Shown: positions 58,683 through 64,000 of the stretch, piece after piece
Numbering within the stretch: the stretch's first letter is position 1
Layout: each line of letters opens with the position of its first letter
Source of the DNA: Pseudomonadota bacterium
GTDB taxonomy: Bacteria > Desulfobacterota > Desulfobacteria > Desulfobacterales > JBDRRP01
NCBI GenBank assembly: GCA_043825735.1
Contig: JBDRRP010000129.1
Location: 62,001 to 126,000, forward strand
Length of the DNA stretch: 64,000 nt
Direction: 5' to 3'
Made by a program: the position numbers and the translations under genes
The notes under the pieces: model-generated
Databases searched by the model: none
What the model was told of the DNA's origin: nothing
What the model saw: the letters and a program-made list of their open reading frames with translations, nothing else

Positions 58683-59711
58683 TCACGGTGTCTTCAATTT
58701 TTGCCAGGCTTTTTCGTATTCGATGATGGCGTCACCCACGTCGAGCTGAAACTCGCCGCGGTCGAGGATTTCTTTGGGGGGATAGACCGTCGGATTGTTT
58801 CGCACCGCAGCATCCAGGGTTTCCACAGCGGCCTTGTTGGGCGAGGCGTAGCCGATTTCGGTGGTGATCAGGGTGGCGATGTCCGGACGCAGCAGGTAGT
58901 CGATGAAGCGGTAGGCATTGTCGACGTTTTTGGCGCCTTTCGGGATGACCATGCTGTCGAGCCAGATGAAGGGCCCTTCCTTGGGATAGATGTAGCGGAT
59001 CTGGGGATTTTCCTGGGAAGCGATGTACGCCTCCCCGTTCCACATCACGCCGATAATCACTTCCTTATTGAGAAATGCTTGCTTCTGGGCGTCGGAGGCA
59101 AACAGCCGCACACTGGGAATCAAGGTCGCCATGGTCTTGTAGGCGGCCGTGATCTGTGCCGGGTCAGTGGTGTTTCCGCTGAAACCGTTGAGGCGCAAGC
59201 CCACACCCAGGGTCTCGCGCAGGTCTTCGGAAAGCATCACCAGCCCCTTGAACTCGGGACGCCACAGATCTTTCCAGCTCGTCACCGTGGCCGGATCCAC
59301 ACGGTCGGCGTCCACACCGATGGCAGTGGTCCCCCACAGGTAGGGAACGCTGTAGGCATTGCCCGGGTCATAGGGTTTGTCCAGCAGCGCCGTATCCAGA
59401 TTCTTGAAATTGTGCAGCCGCGTGCGGTCTATGGGCGTGAGCATCCCTTCTTTGCGCATGCGATTGACGAAATACGTGGAGGGAAACACGATGTCGTAGC
59501 CGCCGTCGGTGGTGAGCTTGATCTTGGCGAACATGGACTCGTTACTGTCGTAGGTGGAATAGATCACCCGGATACCGGTTTCCTTCTGGAAGGCGGCCAT
59601 CACCGCGTCGGGCATATACTCCGACCAGTTGTACACCACCACGGTGCCGGAATCGGCCACGGCCGCCACCGGCACCAGCAATGCCAGCAGGATCAGGGCA
59701 AGCGTTTTCAT
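58683..59711 (-). CDS. potD: spermidine/putrescine ABC transporter substrate-binding protein
   Basis: VYNWSEY, STYDSNE, YDIVFPS, VPYLWGTT, MWNGEA, YPKEG and WLDSMVIPKGA motifs. Confidence 0.9.
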   Translation of the reverse strand: MKTLALILLALLVPVAAVADSGTVVVYNWSEYMPDAVMAAFQKETGIRVIYSTYDSNESMFAKIKLTTDGGYDIVFPSTYFVNRMRKEGMLTPIDRTRLHNFKNLDTALLDKPYDPGNAYSVPYLWGTTAIGVDADRVDPATVTSWKDLWRPEFKGLVMLSEDLRETLGVGLRLNGFSGNTTDPAQITAAYKTMATLIPSVRLFASDAQKQAFLNKEVIIGVMWNGEAYIASQENPQIRYIYPKEGPFIWLDSMVIPKGAKNVDNAYRFIDYLLRPDIATLITTEIGYASPNKAAVETLDAAVRNNPTVYPPKEILDRGEFQLDVGDAIIEYEKAWQKLKTP

Positions 59712-60478
59712 CGTTTTTGCTCCTTCATCAGCAATTGTGAAATAAAGACGGATATCAGGGTAAAGACAAACAACAGGGTGCTAAGGGCGTTCACCTCGGG
59801 TTTTACGCCCAGACGCACCATGGAATACAATTTCAGCGGCAGTATTTCAAAACCGGGCCCGGTGACAAAGAAACTTACGATAACATCATCCAGCGACAGC
59901 GTAAAACTGAGCAGCCACCCGGAGATCACCGCCGGCAGCAGCATCGGCAGAATCACATGGCGGAACGCCTGGTACTCGGTAGCGCCGAGATCCTTGGCCG
60001 CCTCCACGATGTTGGGATCGAATCCGCTGATTCGGGCGTAGATGGTGACCACCACAACGGGCAGGCAGAAGGTCACATGGCTCAGCAGCAGGGTGATGAA
60101 TCCGGTTTCCATATGAACCAGAATGAAAAGCATCAGCAGGGAGATCCCCATGACGATGTCCGGACTCATCATCACCACGGTGAGCAGGGTATAGAGCGCT
60201 TTTCGCCCCGGCCACCGGTAGCGGTGAAAGGCCACCGCCGCCACGGTGCCGATGGCCGTAGCAATCACGCTGGCGCACACGGCCACGATCAGGGAGTTGA
60301 TCAGGGCGTCAAAGAGCAGGTTGTTTTCCACGATCCGGAAGTACCATTTGAAGGTAAACCCCTTCCAGTTGGTGGAGTACTTCGAGGCGTTGAACGAAAA
60401 GAATATCAATACGGCAATGGGCAGGTAGAGAAACCCGTAGACCATTGTCAGATATGCCCACTGCGCAGCGCGTTTCAC
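59708..60478 (-). CDS. potC: spermidine/putrescine ABC transporter permease
   Basis: FLYLPIAVLIFFSFN, EAAKDLGA, FTLSLDD and PEVNALST motifs; GTG start overlapping the potB stop. Confidence 0.9.
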   Translation of the reverse strand: MKRAAQWAYLTMVYGFLYLPIAVLIFFSFNASKYSTNWKGFTFKWYFRIVENNLLFDALINSLIVAVCASVIATAIGTVAAVAFHRYRWPGRKALYTLLTVVMMSPDIVMGISLLMLFILVHMETGFITLLLSHVTFCLPVVVVTIYARISGFDPNIVEAAKDLGATEYQAFRHVILPMLLPAVISGWLLSFTLSLDDVIVSFFVTGPGFEILPLKLYSMVRLGVKPEVNALSTLLFVFTLISVFISQLLMKEQKR

Positions 60479-61332
60479 TGGCTCAATTCTCCGGGCTGGT
60501 GGCCAAAACGGCGCAGGTTCAGATAATAGACGGCAAAGAGCACCAGCAGGATGAGGGTCAAAAACACGCTGGCCGCCGCCCCCAGGGGCCAATGCCGGGT
60601 GACGAGAAACTGGTTTTTGATGAAATTGCCCACCAGCATCGACTTGGCGCCGCCCAGCAGATCCGGGACGTAAAAAAGCCCCAGCGTGGGTAGAAAAACC
60701 ATGATGACCCCGGCGATGATACCCGGCATGGTCACCGGCAGCACCACGTAGCGCATCACCTGCAGCCAGCTGGCGCCCAGATCCTGACCGGCTTCCACCA
60801 AGTTCATGTCGAGCTTTTCAACGGTCGCGTAAAGGGGCAGGATCATGAACGGCAGGAGCATGTAAATCAGACCGATGAGCACCGCCGTGTTGGTGTAGAG
60901 GATGGTCAGGGGGGCGTCGATGATCCCCAGCGCGAGCAGGATGGTGTTGACCAGGCCATTGGCCTTAAGAATGATGATCAGCGCATAGGTGCGCACCAGC
61001 GAACTGGTCCAGAAGGGAATGATAATGAGCACCAGCAGAACGTGCTTCAGCGGTGAGCGGGCGATGATGAAGGCGAACGGGTAGCCGATGAACAGGCATG
61101 CGGCCGTGGTGACGGCCGCGTAGCCCAGGGATCTCATGAACATGGCGAGCACCACCGGATCCATCAGCAACCGGTAGTTCTCCAGGGTGAGGGCAAGGCG
61201 CACCAGCCGGCTGTCGTCCCTGGTCAGAACACTGACTGAAGTGACCAGCAGATTCGGCACCAGCACGAACAGGAGAATCCAAGATGATACCACGGCAACC
61301 GCCACGGTTTTGAATCGGCTCCGCTCAACCAT
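60475..61332 (-). CDS. potB: spermidine/putrescine ABC transporter permease
   Basis: IPFWTSSLVRTYA, LPFMILPLY, EAGQDLGA, VPDLLGG and WPLGAA motifs. Confidence 0.9.
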   Translation of the reverse strand: MVERSRFKTVAVAVVSSWILLFVLVPNLLVTSVSVLTRDDSRLVRLALTLENYRLLMDPVVLAMFMRSLGYAAVTTAACLFIGYPFAFIIARSPLKHVLLVLIIIPFWTSSLVRTYALIIILKANGLVNTILLALGIIDAPLTILYTNTAVLIGLIYMLLPFMILPLYATVEKLDMNLVEAGQDLGASWLQVMRYVVLPVTMPGIIAGVIMVFLPTLGLFYVPDLLGGAKSMLVGNFIKNQFLVTRHWPLGAAASVFLTLILLVLFAVYYLNLRRFGHQPGELSQ

Positions 61333-62416
61333 CGGGCAGCACCACCTCCCACCCCTGGATCCAGCTCACGCACACCGTCTCGCCGGTCCGATAGATGATG
61401 TCTTCTTCGTCCTCGTTGAAAAAAGCGGTGACAAAGAGGTCCTTGCCGGAATCGAGCTTGACGATGACATCCACCGTCGTGCCCTTGTAAATGGTATCCT
61501 CCACCCGGCCCAGCAGATGAGGGCCGTCACACCCGTCGGCAGCCCGGGTCAAAAAAAGATCTTCGGGCCGCAGCAGCACCTTCACCTGGTCTCCCGGCCG
61601 GTATCCGCGCCGGTTGCCGAACTCGAAATCGCTCCCTTCCAGACGACCGGTCATGGTCGTACCGGTGCTCGTCGTCACCCGGGCATCGAGGGTATTGATC
61701 TCTCCAACAAAACCGGCCACGAACATGTTGTCAGGGCTTTCATAAATGGCCTTGGGTGTGCCGATCTGCTCGATGCGGCCGGCGTTCATGACAATGATCC
61801 GGTCGCTCATGGAAATGGCTTCGTTCTGGTCGTGCGTGACGAAAATAAAGGTGATGCCGAGCTGCCGGTGAAGCCGCTTCATCTCAAGCTGCATCTGCTT
61901 TCTCAGCTTGGCGTCCAGGGCGCTGAACGGCTCGTCCAGGAGCAGGACCAGGGGCGCATTGACAATGGCCCGGGCAACCGCCACCCGCTGCTGCTGGCCG
62001 CCGGAAAGCGCCTGAACCCGCCGGCCCGCAAAGCCATCGAGCTTCACCATGGTCAGGGCCGCTGCCACTTTCTCTGCGATTTCACCGCCGGCGCGCCCCT
62101 TCATGCGAAGGCCGAATCCCACGTTGTCAAAGACCGTCATGTGGGGAAACAGGGCGTAGTTCTGAAACACCGTGTTCACGTCGCGGTGATGGGGGGGCAC
62201 ATCGTTGACGCGCTTGCCGTCGATGAGGATGTCCCCGGCATCGGGGGCTTCGAAACCGGCGATGAGCCGCAATGTGGTGGTTTTCCCGCAGCCGGAGGGG
62301 CCCAGCAGGGTGAGAAACTCGCCGGGCCGAACATCAAAATTCATCCGGTCGACCACCACCTGATCGCCGAACGATTTGCTCACCTCCCGAAAACTGACGA
62401 TGGCCTCGTCTTGCAT
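61325..62416 (-). CDS. potA: spermidine/putrescine ABC transporter ATP-binding protein
   Basis: GPSGCGKTT, NTVFQNYALFPH, LSGGQQQRVAVARA and LLDEPFSALD motifs; TOBE domain. Confidence 0.92.
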   Translation of the reverse strand: MQDEAIVSFREVSKSFGDQVVVDRMNFDVRPGEFLTLLGPSGCGKTTTLRLIAGFEAPDAGDILIDGKRVNDVPPHHRDVNTVFQNYALFPHMTVFDNVGFGLRMKGRAGGEIAEKVAAALTMVKLDGFAGRRVQALSGGQQQRVAVARAIVNAPLVLLLDEPFSALDAKLRKQMQLEMKRLHRQLGITFIFVTHDQNEAISMSDRIIVMNAGRIEQIGTPKAIYESPDNMFVAGFVGEINTLDARVTTSTGTTMTGRLEGSDFEFGNRRGYRPGDQVKVLLRPEDLFLTRAADGCDGPHLLGRVEDTIYKGTTVDVIVKLDSGKDLFVTAFFNEDEEDIIYRTGETVCVSWIQGWEVVLPDG

Positions 62417-62660
62417 GCGCCGCTGCCCCGCTGCTCATTCACTGACGGCTGCCAAAACGGCAGTCCCGAAATATTCTTATAAATATCAAGCAAATAAAAA
62501 CCGGCGGCCCCAGCATGCGCCAGCCCCTGCCGTGGAAGTCTATTAGGATAAAAAAAGCGCGATGTAAATATCGCAGATCGTTTCTGCCGGAGGCCCAACG
62601 ACTCCGTGGTTTATAGCGGTTGTCATAAATACGTTCCGAATCAACACAGCTCTGCCCGTC

Positions 62661-62733
62661 GTCATGCCGGGCTTGATCCGGCATCCAGAAATCGCTTCGG
62701 AGCAACCTGGATCCGGGCCTTCGCCGGGGTGAC
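62661..62733. repeat. REP-like double-hairpin element
   Basis: GTCATGCCGGGCTTGATCCGGCATCCAG...CTGGATCCGGGCCTTCGCCGGGGTGAC. Confidence 0.7.
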
Positions 62734-62901
62734 CTCGGAGGCATGATTGGTCTAACGCATTGCCTTCAACGCCAGACCAATCGGAACGTTATTATGACCT
62801 TTGCTATAACATCGCTTTTGTACGGTTTTATTTCATTGTGGTATAAAAGATCCGGATTTGAAAATTGAGATCATCCTTACCCTCACCACAGGAACCATCC
62901 C

Positions 62902-63822
62902 ATGAAAATAAAAGTCGCGCTCATCGTCATTGTTGCTATCATCGCGGTGGGCATTCTCGTCGTGCGGCCCGACATTCCGGTGGATACCCTCATTGCCCGG
63001 TATGCCGATAGTGCATCCAAGTTCACGGCTTTGCACGGCATGACGGTCCATTACAAAGACGAGGGGGCGGGCCCGGCCCTGGTGCTGCTTCACGGCACCG
63101 GAGCCTCGCTGCACACCTGGGACGGGTGGACCGAAGTGCTCAAAAAAGACTTCCGGGTCATCCGGATGGATCTGCCCGCCTTCGGTCTCACCGGCCCGGT
63201 CCCTGACGGGGACTATACCACCGAGGCCTACGTGCGGTTCGTTCGCGATTTTCTCGCCGGCCTCGGCATCAGCCGGTTTTCCCTCTGCGGCAACTCCCTG
63301 GGCGGGGCCGTCGCCTGGCGCTATGCCGTTACCTATCCCTTCCGGATTGAAGCTCTGGTGCTCATCGACGCGGCCGGTTATCCTCATGCGATGCCGGGAA
63401 CCCTCGGTCTGGCGACGGTGCCCGTGCTGAACAAGCTGCTCACAGTGGTGACGCCCCGCTTTCTGGTGGAAAAAAATGTGCGTTCCGTTTACGGGGATCC
63501 GGAAAACGTCACCGACGCCATTGTAGACCGCTACTACGATATGCTGCTCAGGGAGGGTAACCGCGAGGCCATGGTCCTGCGCCTTCAGGGCATGCGCGTA
63601 TCGCCGGAGCGGATCAAACAGATCGGCGTGCCGACGCTGATCCAGTGGGGGCAAAAGGACACCTGGATCCCCCTGGAAAACGCCCGCCACTTCCTCCGGG
63701 ACATCCCCGGCGCCGTCCTGATCACCTACCCGGACCTGGGCCACGTTCCCATGGAGGAGGCTCCGGAAAAAACCGCGGCCGATGCCGCGGCATTTATTAA
63801 GCGGGTCTCCCCCAACCCATAA
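62902..63822 (+). CDS. alpha/beta-fold hydrolase with N-terminal membrane anchor
   Basis: LLHGTGASLHTW, DLPAFG, GNSLGG nucleophile elbow, WGQKD and GHVPMEE motifs. Confidence 0.9.
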   Translation: MKIKVALIVIVAIIAVGILVVRPDIPVDTLIARYADSASKFTALHGMTVHYKDEGAGPALVLLHGTGASLHTWDGWTEVLKKDFRVIRMDLPAFGLTGPVPDGDYTTEAYVRFVRDFLAGLGISRFSLCGNSLGGAVAWRYAVTYPFRIEALVLIDAAGYPHAMPGTLGLATVPVLNKLLTVVTPRFLVEKNVRSVYGDPENVTDAIVDRYYDMLLREGNREAMVLRLQGMRVSPERIKQIGVPTLIQWGQKDTWIPLENARHFLRDIPGAVLITYPDLGHVPMEEAPEKTAADAAAFIKRVSPNP

Positions 63823-63937
63823 ACTTTCAAGATACTGACATCTGTCCCAAAAAGACTCGCACCTGTAGCGGGCCTCAGAAGTAAACGATCTTGGGCAATC
63901 GAATAACCAGATGAGATCGCTTTAAAAGGAGTTTTCC

Positions 63938-64000
63938 ATGAAGTTAAAGACTCAGGCTCAAGCAAGTGTTGTCCTTGTTTTGGTTTTTCTTCTGGCCGGC
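63938..64000 (+). CDS. 5' end of a probable exported protein or lipoprotein (runs off the window)
   Basis: AAAGGAG RBS followed by MKLKTQAQASVVLVLVFLLAG. Confidence 0.5.
   Translation, partial: MKLKTQAQASVVLVLVFLLAG

Noticed and set aside
51255..62482. Long alternative ORFs (51255-52742, 53968-55212, 55542-56744, 58440-60041, 61187-62482) and similar shadows elsewhere
   Set aside because: They are antisense to well-supported genes, lack motifs and are expected in GC-rich DNA

Overview
This is a GC-rich chromosomal window whose gene content points to an anaerobic Desulfobacterota (Desulfobacterales-like) bacterium; the taxonomy is inferred. The left part (1-23 kb) holds TetR/aminotransferase/aldehyde dehydrogenase genes, an NYN protein and cfa, followed by an operon encoding an FGE-domain protein, an NTT/MFS-HEAT-cNMP protein, a GshB-like ATP-grasp ligase and a peptide ABC importer. 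The central part (28.7-56.8 kb) is a sulfur/redox neighbourhood with three paralogous sigma54 activators carrying Cys-rich PAS domains. It contains RACo/ASKHA plus metVF, a tusA-like/tusA/mvhD/hdrA/hdrA/qmoC-like/dsrE operon, flavodoxin, OsmC, an ACR3-like-USP fusion, a monothiol thioredoxin and a tusA-like/NrfC(HybA)/NrfD(HybB)/multiheme cytochrome operon. Top finding: the two 'separate' cytochrome ORFs (51996-52766 and 50691-51995, minus strand) are one reading frame interrupted by an in-frame TGA. That TGA sits at the conserved Cys (NNFC) of the octaheme tetrathionate reductase family and is followed by a SECIS-like hairpin. This predicts a 691-aa selenoprotein with 13 CxxCH motifs (cytochrome c3 fused to an OTR domain). 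Other notable signals are a second Sec candidate (FmdB C-terminus), shared enhancer motifs linking metVF/RACo to the Hdr/Qmo-like operon, a sigma54-driven two-hairpin RNA with an anti-SD loop, and a degenerate duplicate of the RACo 3' end bracketing a three-gene insert. The right end carries a radical SAM gene, potABCD and an alpha/beta hydrolase. No rRNA, tRNA or CRISPR array was recognised.
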